The notes under the pieces are model-generated. The model was not told where the DNA came from, did not search any database, and was given only the letters and a program-made list of their open reading frames with translations. From assembly GCA_044440125.1 (NCBI GenBank), contig JBITAJ010000015.1:64001-128000 (forward strand): 64,000 bases of DNA. Reading direction: 5' to 3'. How positions within the stretch are numbered: the first letter of the stretch is position 1; each line of letters begins with the position of its first letter. Both the position numbers and the translations under genes were made by a program. This stretch comes from Sedimentisphaeraceae bacterium JB056. Lineage in GTDB: Bacteria; Planctomycetota; Phycisphaerae; Sedimentisphaerales; Sedimentisphaeraceae. This document shows, piece after piece, positions 17,991 to 28,500 of this stretch.

Positions 17991-19434
17991 TTTCTATCTC
18001 CAGATCCTCGAACAGGTTTCTGTATCCTCTTTCCATTGCAAGCTTTCCTTTTTGTTGGTATGTAGGAACTTTGTAGTCACCTGACCAGCATGCTGAACAA
18101 TAATGATCGTTTGGCAGTGAAGCACATCCGAGCATGCCATCTATAGATAGATATCCAAGGCTGTCAGCTTCAAGGAAATCTCTCAGTTCTTCAAGTGTCA
18201 TATTGTTTGCGACAAGCTCTTCCTTAGTTGGGAAGTCAACTCCATAAAAACATGGGAACTTAAGCGGCGGACAACTTATCCTGAGGTGGACTTCTGTTGC
18301 GCCTGCCTCCCTCAATGATCTTACTTTTCCGCGGGTTGTTGTGCCTCGAACGATAGAGTCATCGACTACTACCACGCGTTTGCCTTTTACGGCTTCTTTT
18401 ACTACGGCAAGCTTGAGCCTTACGGCAAGGTCACGCATTTCCTGAGTAGGGGAGATGAATGTACGGCCGACATAATGGCTTCTTACAAATCCCATGTCGA
18501 ACGGAATTCCGCTTTCATGAGAAAATCCGATAGCAGAGGCTGTGCCTGAATCAGGAATTGGAGTGACCAGATCGGCCTGGACCGGATGTTCCTGAGCAAG
18601 TCGTCTTCCTAATTTTTTGCGGACTTCGTGAACATTTTCGCCGAAAATATAGCTGTTTTGTTTTGAAAAATAGACGTGTTCGAATATACAATGTGCAGGC
18701 TTGATGTCTTCTTTTTCAACATAATGACGACTTGTCAGCCCTAAATCATCTATTGTTATTATTTCACCGGGTTCAACATCTCTTACAAATTCGGCACCTA
18801 TCGCGTCAAAAGCACAGCTTTCACTTGCTACGCAGTAAGCTCCGTCTTTTGTCTTGCCAATACTTAGCGGTCTCATGCCGTGAGTGTCACGGGCGGCCTC
18901 TATTCTGTCGGGGAACATAAATAAGACGCAAAAAGCTCCACTCAGATGTCGTAACACATGACCTATAGTGTCAGGTTTGTTGATGTGGGTCGGTTTTGCA
19001 AGAAGGTGTATTAGAATCTCGGTGTCGTTTGTTGATTTGAAAATACTGCCATATGCCTCATATTCATCTCTGATTATCGTGGCATTGGTAATATTGCCGT
19101 TATGGGCTACGCAAACTTGCCCACGCGAATATTCGGCAAGCATTGGCTGCGCGTTATTTCTGTTGCTGGATCCTGCAGTGGAATAACGTACATGTCCGAT
19201 GGCTCCGACTGCATTTTTGCTGAGCCTGGGCAGTACATTGCGTGACGGTCTGAAAACTCTTGAAACTGTACCCATGCCGGTGAAACAGTTTATAGTTTTC
19301 CCATCCGATGTGGCAATTCCAGCTGATTCCTGTCCTCTGTGCTGGAGACTGTGGATACCAAAATAAGTCTTTTCAGCAGCTGATTTGTCACCCCAGATAC
19401 CGAATATACCGCATTCTTCTTTTTTATCGTTCAT
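17983..19434 (-). CDS. purF: Amidophosphoribosyltransferase (short propeptide, Fe-S type)
   Basis: EECGIFG, LQHRGQESAG, GHVRYST, HNGN, VVVDDSIVRGTT, PCFYGVD, CSACW. Confidence 0.98.
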   Translation of the reverse strand: MNDKKEECGIFGIWGDKSAAEKTYFGIHSLQHRGQESAGIATSDGKTINCFTGMGTVSRVFRPSRNVLPRLSKNAVGAIGHVRYSTAGSSNRNNAQPMLAEYSRGQVCVAHNGNITNATIIRDEYEAYGSIFKSTNDTEILIHLLAKPTHINKPDTIGHVLRHLSGAFCVLFMFPDRIEAARDTHGMRPLSIGKTKDGAYCVASESCAFDAIGAEFVRDVEPGEIITIDDLGLTSRHYVEKEDIKPAHCIFEHVYFSKQNSYIFGENVHEVRKKLGRRLAQEHPVQADLVTPIPDSGTASAIGFSHESGIPFDMGFVRSHYVGRTFISPTQEMRDLAVRLKLAVVKEAVKGKRVVVVDDSIVRGTTTRGKVRSLREAGATEVHLRISCPPLKFPCFYGVDFPTKEELVANNMTLEELRDFLEADSLGYLSIDGMLGCASLPNDHYCSACWSGDYKVPTYQQKGKLAMERGYRNLFEDLEIENG

Positions 19435-19505
19435 TTTGAGTTATGTCGTTTTTCAAGTTGTGATAAATTATGTGTTTTAAGAAATTAAAGTCGTAACGGG
19501 CGCAT

Positions 19506-19534
19506 AGTTTACGCTAATTTGCCTGTTAAGTCAA
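19506..19534 (-). promoter_or_regulatory. Sigma-70 promoter for purF-purM
   Basis: TTGACT, 17 nt, TAAACT on the minus strand ~70 nt upstream of purF. Confidence 0.6.
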
Positions 19535-19897
19535 TGTAATTAGTCTTTAGTTTGGCAAACATGACGATAAAATAATATAAGATTTTCAATTAAATATTAT
19601 GGAGCGTATTTAGCTCTAAGTTTGCTGCGTTTTTAGGTTGTTTTGGAATAAAAAGTAAAAAATGTTGTTGAATTTTAATTTTATGCTATAATTAAACATA
19701 TAGTTTGAATAATGGGGAATCGGGAAGATTAAAATGGGATGTCTGGAAAGTATAAGTCTTCTTAATCAAATATCTTGTGAAATGCGCCTGTTCCCTAACT
19801 TATTTTTGCTATGGCTTTGAAGTTAATCAAGTTTAAAGTTGTTCAGGGTGAAGATAAATATTATAGAGTAGGAAAATTTATGAAAGGATGTAGGATT

Positions 19898-20536
19898 ATG
19901 AGGATTAAATTTCTAATATTATTATCCCTCGTATGGATTTCCGGTGCATATGCATTGTCAGGATTTCTTGTAAGTGACCAGGGAGAGCTCGAGGGAACTG
20001 GATTCTGGGTTGATGGAACCGGTATTAATGACTGGACTCCGGCTCGGATTGATTGGGAGGTTACGGATAACGGCAATTCTACGTGGCATTATGAATATAC
20101 GTTAAGTGTTTATGGTGCAGATGTTAGCCATTTTATACTGGAAACCTCGGAAACATTTACTGAATCAAATATTTTCAATCTCAGTGCACCTGGAACAGGT
20201 GTTGAATTGGGTACTTTTGTGCCTGATTCTGGTAACCCATCAATGCCGGGAAGTGTTTATGGAATCAAATTTGACAGTACATCTGGCACAGAAGTTACTA
20301 TAAGTTTTGATAGTGACAGGGATCCTGTTTGGGGTGATTTCTATGCTAAATGTGGTAATACTGGCGGTACACAGAATACTGTCTGGAATGAAGGCTTCTT
20401 GACGACAGATCCGATTAGTGCAGCAACTGATGGAACTTTGAGTAATCATATACTTGTTCCTGATACCGTGCCAGAGCCTGCAACATTAGCTTTGCTTGGC
20501 CTTGGCGGAATGCTAATAAGGCGTCGAAGAAAGTAA
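19898..20536 (+). CDS. PEP-CTERM sorting domain-containing secreted protein
   Basis: Signal peptide MRIKFLILLSLVWISGAYA; C-terminus VPEPATLALLGLGGMLIRRRRK. Start ATG 19898 preferred (19880 possible). Confidence 0.88.
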   Translation: MRIKFLILLSLVWISGAYALSGFLVSDQGELEGTGFWVDGTGINDWTPARIDWEVTDNGNSTWHYEYTLSVYGADVSHFILETSETFTESNIFNLSAPGTGVELGTFVPDSGNPSMPGSVYGIKFDSTSGTEVTISFDSDRDPVWGDFYAKCGNTGGTQNTVWNEGFLTTDPISAATDGTLSNHILVPDTVPEPATLALLGLGGMLIRRRRK

Positions 20537-20575
20537 AATTATATTCATATGTCTTCCGCTCTGTGAACTTTATAT

Positions 20576-20607
20576 AACCCTGCCTGAAAATGAGGCAGGG
20601 TTTTTTT
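20576..20607 (+). terminator. Intrinsic terminator
   Basis: AACCCTGCCT...AGGCAGGGTT followed by T-run. Confidence 0.85.
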
Positions 20608-20797
20608 GTGTTTAAGTATTTTATAAGTGTATTTGGGGTAGTTGCTTATGATTTAATGTGAAAAAAAGTAATAATAAAATGCACAAAACAAGGTTTTAAG
20701 TATTGATTTGTTTCAATAATTTGATAATATATTATCAAGGCTGAGCGGTAGATGTTAAGGCCGTTCATCAAATGATAAAATTATTGGGAGCAAAGAC

Positions 20798-20968
20798 ATG
20801 GAAAAGAAAAATGCTGTAAACAAGTATTTCGCTTGTGCAAGAACTGTTAAGCCGGCAGCGGCTTTGGTTAGTCGCTGCTCTGAAAAATCAGACAAAAAAT
20901 ATCCACTGGAACTTATAGCGTTCAATCAAGAGCAGATCAATTGGTTTAACTGTTACACGGCAAATTAG
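20798..20968 (+). CDS. Small hypothetical protein (56 aa), below ORF-track cutoff
   Basis: GGGAG RBS 7 nt before ATG; MEKKNAVNKYFACARTVKPAAALVSRCSEKSDKKYPLELIAFNQEQINWFNCYTAN; followed by a terminator. Confidence 0.6.
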   Translation: MEKKNAVNKYFACARTVKPAAALVSRCSEKSDKKYPLELIAFNQEQINWFNCYTAN

Positions 20969-21010
20969 GCCAACTCTTCGTTCCTGCTGCAAAGCTTGTT
21001 AAAAATAGAC

Positions 21011-21052
21011 AGATTCAAGGTGAGAAATATTTTCTTGCCTTGAATCTTTTTT
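21011..21052 (+). terminator. Intrinsic terminator
   Basis: AGATTCAAGG...CCTTGAATCT plus T-run, oriented for the + strand small ORF. Confidence 0.75.
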
Positions 21053-21073
21053 GTCAAAATGATCTGGTGATAT

Positions 21074-21382
21074 TTACTCTCGGCAAAGAAATTGAAGAAT
21101 ATGCGCTACGGAGATAAACATAATAAAAAACAGGAATTTCCCTGTTATGGCAATATCAGTGCCCGTGTCTTCTATTAAAAAACCTAAGAAAATAGCGGTT
21201 ATAAGTGAACCTATCACTATGCCTGTGATATTATTGCAGAGTTCGGCGAGGCTAACTATCGCTGTTGTAAGAATTATGATTACTGAGAAAATAAGAGCAT
21301 TTTTTGAGAGGATGTTTTCAAGATAAAGCGAAACCATAGTGCCGCCTGCCAAGCTAATAGACAATATTTTAAGCAACTGCAT
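21074..21382 (-). CDS. Small hypothetical integral membrane protein (~4 TM)
   Basis: Almost entirely hydrophobic; ATG 21382 preceded by AAGGG. Confidence 0.65.
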   Translation of the reverse strand: MQLLKILSISLAGGTMVSLYLENILSKNALIFSVIIILTTAIVSLAELCNNITGIVIGSLITAIFLGFLIEDTGTDIAITGKFLFFIMFISVAHILQFLCRE

Positions 21383-21618
21383 AAACAACCCTTGTATTGA
21401 AATACCCTGCAATTTTAACTAATTAATACCTGGACATATTATCAGATTAAAGAGGTAGAAGTCAAGATGTTGTTGAGTAATGTTTGAGTTTTATCTAACT
21501 TTTCATTTTTAGCGATTAATCCTCGTATATAATTGATAATTTTTATTTGGCATTGAGTTTCAAATGTTTATAATTTAGCTTTATTTATAAAATTAACCCA
21601 TTTTATGAGGTGTTTAAT

Positions 21619-23010
21619 ATGGCAAAAGAAAAAGCAGAAAAAATAGTTCTTGCTTACAGTGGCGGTTTGGATACGAGTGTTATCCTGCCGTGGCTCAAAG
21701 AAACATATGGTTACGAAGTAATCTGTTATGCGGCTGAACTGGGGCAGGGTGATGAACTCAAGGGCATCCAGAAAAAGGCTATGGCTACAGGCGCAGTAAA
21801 GTGTGTAGTTGATGATCTCCGTAAGGAGTTTGTTGAAGAATATGTGTGGAAACTTGTTAAGAGTGGTGCTGTTTATGAAAACGGCTATCTGCTTGGTACA
21901 AGTATTGCCCGTCCGCTGATTGCCAAGAGGCAGGTGGAAATTGCCCAGCAGTATGGGGCGACCGCGGTTGCTCACGGTGCGACAGGCAAGGGTAATGATC
22001 AGGTTCGTTTCGAACTTACTTTCATGTCGCTTGATCCTTCACTGAAGATTATTGCTCCTTGGAAGGATAAGAACTTTGATCTTACAAGTCGTGAAGCAGC
22101 TATTGATTATGCTAAGGCTCGCAAGATTCCTATCGATCAGACAAAGAAGAAAATCTATTCACGCGACCGTAACATCTGGCACATCAGCCATGAAGGCGCA
22201 GATATCGAAAATCCATGGAATGAGCCAAAGGATAACTTGTTTGTAATGAGCAAGCCGGTTTCAAAGACACCTGCAAAGCCTGGGTATGTTGAAGTTACAT
22301 TCAAGGAAGGTGTACCTGTTAAGGTTGACGGCAAGGCTATGAGTGCCGTTAAGATTCTTGAGACTCTTAACGAGATTGGCGGCAAGCATGGTGTTGGTCA
22401 GGTTGACCTTGTAGAGAACAGACTTGTAGGCATGAAGAGCCGTGGCGTTTATGAGACTCCGGGCGGTACTATCATTATGAATGCCCACGAAGCACTTGAG
22501 ACACTTACACTTGATCGTGATACATACCACTACAAGAAGCAGGTTGCTCTTAAGTATGCACAGGTAGTTTATAACGGCCAGTGGTTCTGCCCTGTACGTG
22601 AAGCTCTTGACGCATTTATTGACAGCACACAGAAGGTTGTCAACGGTGTTGTAAGAGTTAAGCTCTTCAAAGGTCGTGCAGTAGTAGTTGGAATTCAGAG
22701 CCCTAACAGTCTCTACAGCGATGAGCTTGCAAGTTTTGAGATGGGTGCTGAGTATGAGCCGACAGATGCTATTGGTTTTATCAGACTTTACGGTTTGCCG
22801 ATGAAGGTCAACGGTATGGTTAATAATCCAAAGCCTGCTAAGAAGAAAGCGGCAAAGAAGAAGACTGCAAAGAAAACGGCAAAGCCCGCCGCTAAGAAAA
22901 CGACCAAAAAGAAGACTTCCAGGAAGACCAAAAAAGTTTCCCAGGCCCAGCCGGCAGAGCCGATAGTATCTGCTCCGCAGGACCAGGAAACGGAAAAAAC
23001 ATCTGAATAA
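21619..23010 (+). CDS. argG: Argininosuccinate synthase with Lys/Ala-rich C-terminal extension
   Basis: LAYSGGLDTS, LGTSIARP, HGATGKGNDQVRFE, ENRLVGMKSRGVYETPG; GAGG RBS before ATG 21619. Confidence 0.98.
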   Translation: MAKEKAEKIVLAYSGGLDTSVILPWLKETYGYEVICYAAELGQGDELKGIQKKAMATGAVKCVVDDLRKEFVEEYVWKLVKSGAVYENGYLLGTSIARPLIAKRQVEIAQQYGATAVAHGATGKGNDQVRFELTFMSLDPSLKIIAPWKDKNFDLTSREAAIDYAKARKIPIDQTKKKIYSRDRNIWHISHEGADIENPWNEPKDNLFVMSKPVSKTPAKPGYVEVTFKEGVPVKVDGKAMSAVKILETLNEIGGKHGVGQVDLVENRLVGMKSRGVYETPGGTIIMNAHEALETLTLDRDTYHYKKQVALKYAQVVYNGQWFCPVREALDAFIDSTQKVVNGVVRVKLFKGRAVVVGIQSPNSLYSDELASFEMGAEYEPTDAIGFIRLYGLPMKVNGMVNNPKPAKKKAAKKKTAKKTAKPAAKKTTKKKTSRKTKKVSQAQPAEPIVSAPQDQETEKTSE

Positions 23011-23036
23011 TATTGTCTTTTCATTTATGGAAAATC

Positions 23037-23071
23037 AAAGGCCGGTCTGTATTTTACAGATCGGCCTTTTT
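23037..23071. terminator. Bidirectional intrinsic terminator
   Basis: AAAGGCCGGTCTGTA...TACAGATCGGCCTTTTT between convergent genes. Confidence 0.88.
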
Positions 23072-23091
23072 GCGTTATGCAGTGAGAATTT

Positions 23092-25329
23092 TTATGACTG
23101 CGGCTGTGTTGTCATGTTGCTTACCACTGGTGTTTGAGGAGAAAAATGCTTATTAAGTTTATCAACAACAATGAGCAGGTATTTAGTCATAGTATAGTGG
23201 CCCGCATCATACCATATTATATTGGCGTTGGATTTCGAAGCTAAGGATTGAGCACATTGCGGCGGTATAACCTTGTCGGTTTTACCGTTTATCATAAGTA
23301 TATTGGTATTGTGAAGCCTTTGAGCGTAATTGAGCGGTTCTATGGGCTGAAGTATTGCCTGAAGTTGATCACGGGTTACCTGATATTTTTCGATCGCCTT
23401 TTGTGCGAATTTGACTTCGCTGCAACCGGTGCTCAGGACTGTTGCAATATCTCCTCCGGCTAAGATTGTTGCGGCCTTGCTGAATCGTCCGTCAACTCCG
23501 GCACTTAACGCAGCTATTATTCCGCCAAGACTTGTGCCGCAGATTCCGATGTTGCTGCTGTCTATATTTTCCATACTTTCGAGCCAGCGAGCGGTTCGTC
23601 TTACATCTATAACACTCTGCTCTACTGCATTTATGAACTTGTCGAATTGCCCATCAAAGTCAGGTCTGTTACCATTGGGGTTGCGTTTGCCGTAATATGG
23701 CAGCGTCATTATGCATGAGTTTATTCCTTCGTTCGCTAATGAGTTTGCTATCAGTCTTGATATCATCATTGAGCCGTCAAGTACATCAAGCAAAACGACA
23801 GCGGGTCGTTTACCTTCTGTTTTGCAGTCGTAATATTCGCAGTAAACAGTATTGTTGGCTTTATCATCGCTTTCATAGGCTGATTGGAAAGAGACTTCAT
23901 ACACTTTGTATTTATTGGTTTCACCTGCGGTATTTAACTTCATACAGTAGTCAAAGGCTTCTGGTTTGACCTTATAGATATCAAGCAATGATTGAAGCTG
24001 CTTTTCATCGCAAGCAGGCCAATCCCTGAAAAGCTCCTTTTCAACAGTACCGTTTATAATCTCTGATGAGTTGTTTTCTGTGGTTTTAGATTTTGTCTTG
24101 GGTAACTGATTGTGATTCTCTATTATGTTGTTTGTCAGGTTGCTGGCATCGAGAATTGAGAGCAATTTGTTGAGATTGTATTTGTAGTAGGGTTGGCTGT
24201 GTGCAGCAAAGTTTTTTGTTGTTGTCGCATTTGCCGCATTTGATATCCAAAGCTCAAGTTTCTCAGGAGCAAACAGAACTCTGTGCAGACAGCTTTTCAT
24301 TGCAACAGGGCGGTTCATTAAATCAAGAGCTTTTTCAGTGTCTATTTTGCCGTAGTCCTGTTTTACTTTTGATACGAGATTTTTGTATCGCTCATCAGCA
24401 CTTAACAGTACGCAGTCTTTCAGAGGTGTTGGCAGTTTTTCATGTTTTTCGCCGGGCAGTATAGTCTCGAATATTTCAGGCGTACACGCAAGCCCTCTTG
24501 CATCAGGTATTTTGCCGTCAGATATTACATAATAGTATTCGCATGTACGAGCAGTGTCACGGAACAGTTTGACAGCCTGCTGGAGAGTTGAGGTTTCTTC
24601 GAGTGCTTTTCGTATCAGGAAGCTCATTGGCATACCATCCCAATTGCCTTCTCCTTTGCCTCCCATTTCACCTATTGCAATCTGCTTTGAATTCATGCCT
24701 GTAACAGAGCCTAGAAAACCGGCATAACCTACAGTTGCAAAGCTGTTGAAGCCGTCTGGCTTGGCGATTGTCAGGATGGCTACATTCTGCAGTCCTATTT
24801 CAGTCATATAATCAAGGATACGCCCATGAAGCAATGTTCCATTTTTTGTTGAATCTCCGAAAAGAGCGAAGCCGCTGCAATGGAATAGCTCTGGGAATAT
24901 ATTGGCGAGCTGAACATCTTCGAGAGGCAATTCTGCACCATCTGCAAGTCCCTGCATCTCTTCAAGGTAACGTTTGTCAATATGTTTGACGCATCTGTTG
25001 AATGCTTCTTTGATACTGCCGAGGTGGAAGTTCTTTTTGTTTGAAGCTTCTGCTACTCTTGTTACTGTCAATACGGTTGAAACAAGTTTCTGTGTTTCTT
25101 TCTTGAGAAGCCTGCCTTGCTGATAACCCATTTGATAGTTATTGCCTTCAAGCAGAAGCACCCGTTGGCCTGAGATATCCAGCAGCATCCCCTTGCCGTA
25201 CGTGTCGATTATCTTAGGCTCTGATTGCGGCATGACTGTTGCCGCTAAAATGGCTGAATTTAATATCGAAGGTACAAGTAATGATGCAATAATAAATGCA
25301 GTTATAATAGTTCTCTTTTGTAATTTCAT
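23092..25329 (-). CDS. Secreted fusion: C45/AAT-like Ntn-hydrolase + alpha/beta hydrolase
   Basis: Signal peptide; EEMQGLADG, H|CSGFA, HGRILDY, TGMN (Ntn domain); GTSLGG, GKTDKVI, AGHY (Ser-Asp-His). Confidence 0.82.
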   Translation of the reverse strand: MKLQKRTIITAFIIASLLVPSILNSAILAATVMPQSEPKIIDTYGKGMLLDISGQRVLLLEGNNYQMGYQQGRLLKKETQKLVSTVLTVTRVAEASNKKNFHLGSIKEAFNRCVKHIDKRYLEEMQGLADGAELPLEDVQLANIFPELFHCSGFALFGDSTKNGTLLHGRILDYMTEIGLQNVAILTIAKPDGFNSFATVGYAGFLGSVTGMNSKQIAIGEMGGKGEGNWDGMPMSFLIRKALEETSTLQQAVKLFRDTARTCEYYYVISDGKIPDARGLACTPEIFETILPGEKHEKLPTPLKDCVLLSADERYKNLVSKVKQDYGKIDTEKALDLMNRPVAMKSCLHRVLFAPEKLELWISNAANATTTKNFAAHSQPYYKYNLNKLLSILDASNLTNNIIENHNQLPKTKSKTTENNSSEIINGTVEKELFRDWPACDEKQLQSLLDIYKVKPEAFDYCMKLNTAGETNKYKVYEVSFQSAYESDDKANNTVYCEYYDCKTEGKRPAVVLLDVLDGSMMISRLIANSLANEGINSCIMTLPYYGKRNPNGNRPDFDGQFDKFINAVEQSVIDVRRTARWLESMENIDSSNIGICGTSLGGIIAALSAGVDGRFSKAATILAGGDIATVLSTGCSEVKFAQKAIEKYQVTRDQLQAILQPIEPLNYAQRLHNTNILMINGKTDKVIPPQCAQSLASKSNANIIWYDAGHYTMTKYLLIVVDKLNKHFSPQTPVVSNMTTQPQS

Positions 25330-25469
25330 ATTTATTCCTTAAAGATAACAATATGTTAAACGCTACATTTATTAATACACTAATCAATCGATATCGTTAC
25401 AATTTTTTGTTATTTGTTGTAGAAAATAAGGGAATCTCAAGTGGTTATTGTTTCTGTATAGCGAATAAG

Positions 25470-25507
25470 AAAAGGTGCGGCAATCTCTGGGACTGCCGCA
25501 CCTTTTT
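25470..25507 (-). terminator. Intrinsic terminator (bidirectional form)
   Basis: AAAAGGTGCGGCA...TGCCGCACCTTTTT downstream of the 1724-aa gene. Confidence 0.85.
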
Positions 25508-25541
25508 AAGTTAAATAGTGTATTAATCTATTTAAGTTTGT

Positions 25542-28500
25542 TTAATTTGTGTAATATATTGTTCCTGCCGAACCGGCTGACCCACGTCGTGAAGCCTCGT
25601 AAGTGGATGCTTCTCCGCCGGCACCACCGGTAGATGATAATTGTGACAGGCCGCTTAGGGTTCCTGTACTCTGACTTACTCCATTGACAATAAGAGTATC
25701 GGCTATGATGGCAATTCTTCCGCCACCGCCACCGCCGCCACCGCAGCCAGGCTTGTATGAAACTCCGCCGTCGCCGCCATCTACATTTAAGAGGGCGTTA
25801 GCATTTATTACCACGTCTGAAGCAGATTCAAGTACGATAGCACCGCCGCTGCCGCCAGCACCACTTCGGTATGATATTACAGTGTTATATCCACCATCGC
25901 CGCCAGTTGCATTTATTGTGCCGGTTATGGTAATATCGCCATCTGCATCAATCTTGATGGCTCCGCCACCAGCGCCACCTGCTCCGCCGCCGCCGGCATT
26001 ACCGCCGCCTCCGGCACCGCCGCTGCCGCCTTGCAGGGTTGAGACTGTAAGATTACCGTAAGTTGAGCCGCCTGCTCCGCCATAGCTGGCATTGTATGCT
26101 CCCTGGCCTCCAAGCCCTCCGAAGCCGCCACCGCCACCGGCGTTCCAGTCTGCAGTGCTGGCTGTTCCGCCGCCAGAGCCAGAACCGTTAGCTCCCAGTC
26201 CGGAGTTGGCTGCTCCGCCGTTTCCACCTGAGCTGCCACCTAATACACCTGCGGCACCTGTGCCGCCAGATGTAGAGTCGTTGCCTGAAACATCTATGGT
26301 GCCGTCTATGTCAACATTACCGGATGCCCTTAGTATGAGAGGGTTTACTCCTGTAACTGTAACAGTTGAGCCGCTTTGGATATCCAGGTCGCCGAAGTAG
26401 AATGTCGCAATACTTCCGGCTACATTACCATCTACATTTGTTCCACTATTTATAGAATAAGTTCCATTAGTGGTATCAAAAGCGATATTGTCGCTACTTG
26501 TTACAGTTACTGCTTTACCACTAGAGTAGGCCGTGCCATCGGAACCGTCATCACCTTTACGTGTTGGATCAAGATCCGAAACATCGCCACCAATACCACC
26601 ATTTACTTCAAATGCTGTTAGGCTATCAATGTTACCTACGTCTTGTGTTGTGCCAGCTACGATAAGGCTGGCTGCTGCTATAGCTATACGGCCTCCGCCG
26701 CCACCGCCGCCGCCAGAACCGACTTTGTACAGGTCTCCACCGTCTCCGCCGTTTGCGCTTAGAGTAATATTGCTTGCTATTGTGACACTGTTTCCAGCAT
26801 CAAGGACTATTGCACCGCCTGAGCCGCCAGCTCCACCGCGATAGGAGATAGTCGTGTTGTATCCGCCATCGCCGCCATCGGCATTAATGTCGGCATTGAT
26901 TGAGATATCTTGGCCTGCTACGATTTTGATAGCTCCGCCACCGGCACCGCCAGCACCGCCGCCTCCGGAATTACCACCGCCTCCTGCACCACCGCTGCCA
27001 CCTTGCAGGGTTGAGACTGTAATGTCGCCGTAAGTTGAACCGCCGGCACCACCGTAATTGTCTTGAAGGTGTCCGTCGCCACCAGAGCCGCCGAAACCAC
27101 CGCCGCCGCCGGCTTGATAGTATTTTGAACTTGGCTGGCCTGCTCCTGAGCCAGATCCTGCTGAACCCAAGCCTGTGTTTGCAGTGCCTCCATCGCCGCC
27201 GGCGCCACCGCCAGGACTCGCTGATGCTCCGGTTATACCGGTTATGGCATCAGCACCTGATACATCAATGCTGCTGCTGATATCGATGTCTTCTGCCGCT
27301 ACTAACTTTATAGCGTTTGTTCCTGTTACAGTAACGGTTGATCCGGATTGGATATTCAAATCGTTAAAACTGTATGTAGCAATACCGTTGGCAATAGAAC
27401 CTGATACCGCAGAACCACTATTTATGGAGTAGGTTCCGGCAGAGGTATCAAAGGCTATTGTATCGCTGCTTGTGATAACTACGTTTTCGTTTGTGCTAAA
27501 GCTCCAGACTTCACCTACGGCAATTACATTGCTGTTGGGGTCTATTGTATCAACAGCCCAGTAGTAGGTGGTATCTGGGCTCAGTGATATGCTTGAGTAA
27601 CTCGCAGTGCTGACATTGCCTTGATATGTTTCGCCTGTACCGTTGGTTACATCTGTAAGGTTTGTTCCAAAATATACATCGTAGGAATCTGCCCAGACAG
27701 AGTCATCCCATGATAGGGTGGATGTGATGTTTACAATATCATTGACATCAGGGTTAGGGTTTGTTGCTGATTTTCTTGTTAGAACTTCGCCTGTATTGTA
27801 GTAGAGCAGGTCATTGATAGTACTGGTGTTGTAGGTTGCAGAAGCATCGTAGCTTTCACGGTTTGACCAGTGGTCTTTTATGACCTTACGGTATTTATCT
27901 TTAATAGGCATTGAAATACGATAGCTATCAGTGTATAGACCAATGTCTTCAAATGGGATATCCGGAGCCCATGTTGGTGCAGGACTTGCAAATTCGAAAT
28001 TCAGACAATTCGGATCTGTAAATACGCTCATTGCTATATCGCGGTTATCACTTGCACTGACCATTGAGACGGTACTGATGTCGTTAGTTGCCGAACTCCA
28101 ACTGTATCGCCATTCAAAATTATTCGTATTACCGTAGAACATATTGTCATCAAAGTTACATTCTATCGGCCACATACGTCCATCTGTGCCGGTTTGGTTC
28201 ATGACGGTTTTGAATAATGGATAAGCGATATCCCAGGGGTTGTACTTCCAGCCTTCTACTCCAACAACTTGTTCGGTTCTCCAAATGTAATCGCCGACAT
28301 CGCCACGTGTATAGCCTGGGTCACCTGCATCGTAATGAGCTAAATCATCATATGCATCCTGAGCGTAGCTTTCTGTTTGATATACTCCAATGTAGCCATC
28401 AAGGAATACATTGTTTATAACGCTATGTCCGGCTCCGCCGTTAAGCAAGATTGCTCTATGCGCGGCTTTGTAGAATACGTTTTCGGAGAATATGTCTCCA

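Noticed and set aside
19435..19897. Possible purine/ZTP or c-di-GMP riboswitch in the purF / PEP-CTERM intergenic region
   Set aside because: No consensus aptamer elements recognised and the region is mostly AT-rich; an Rfam/Infernal scan would be needed.
25684..27432. Several Pro-rich ORFs on the + strand
   Set aside because: They are antisense mirrors of GGN glycine codons in the 1724-aa gene and have no RBS or independent signal.
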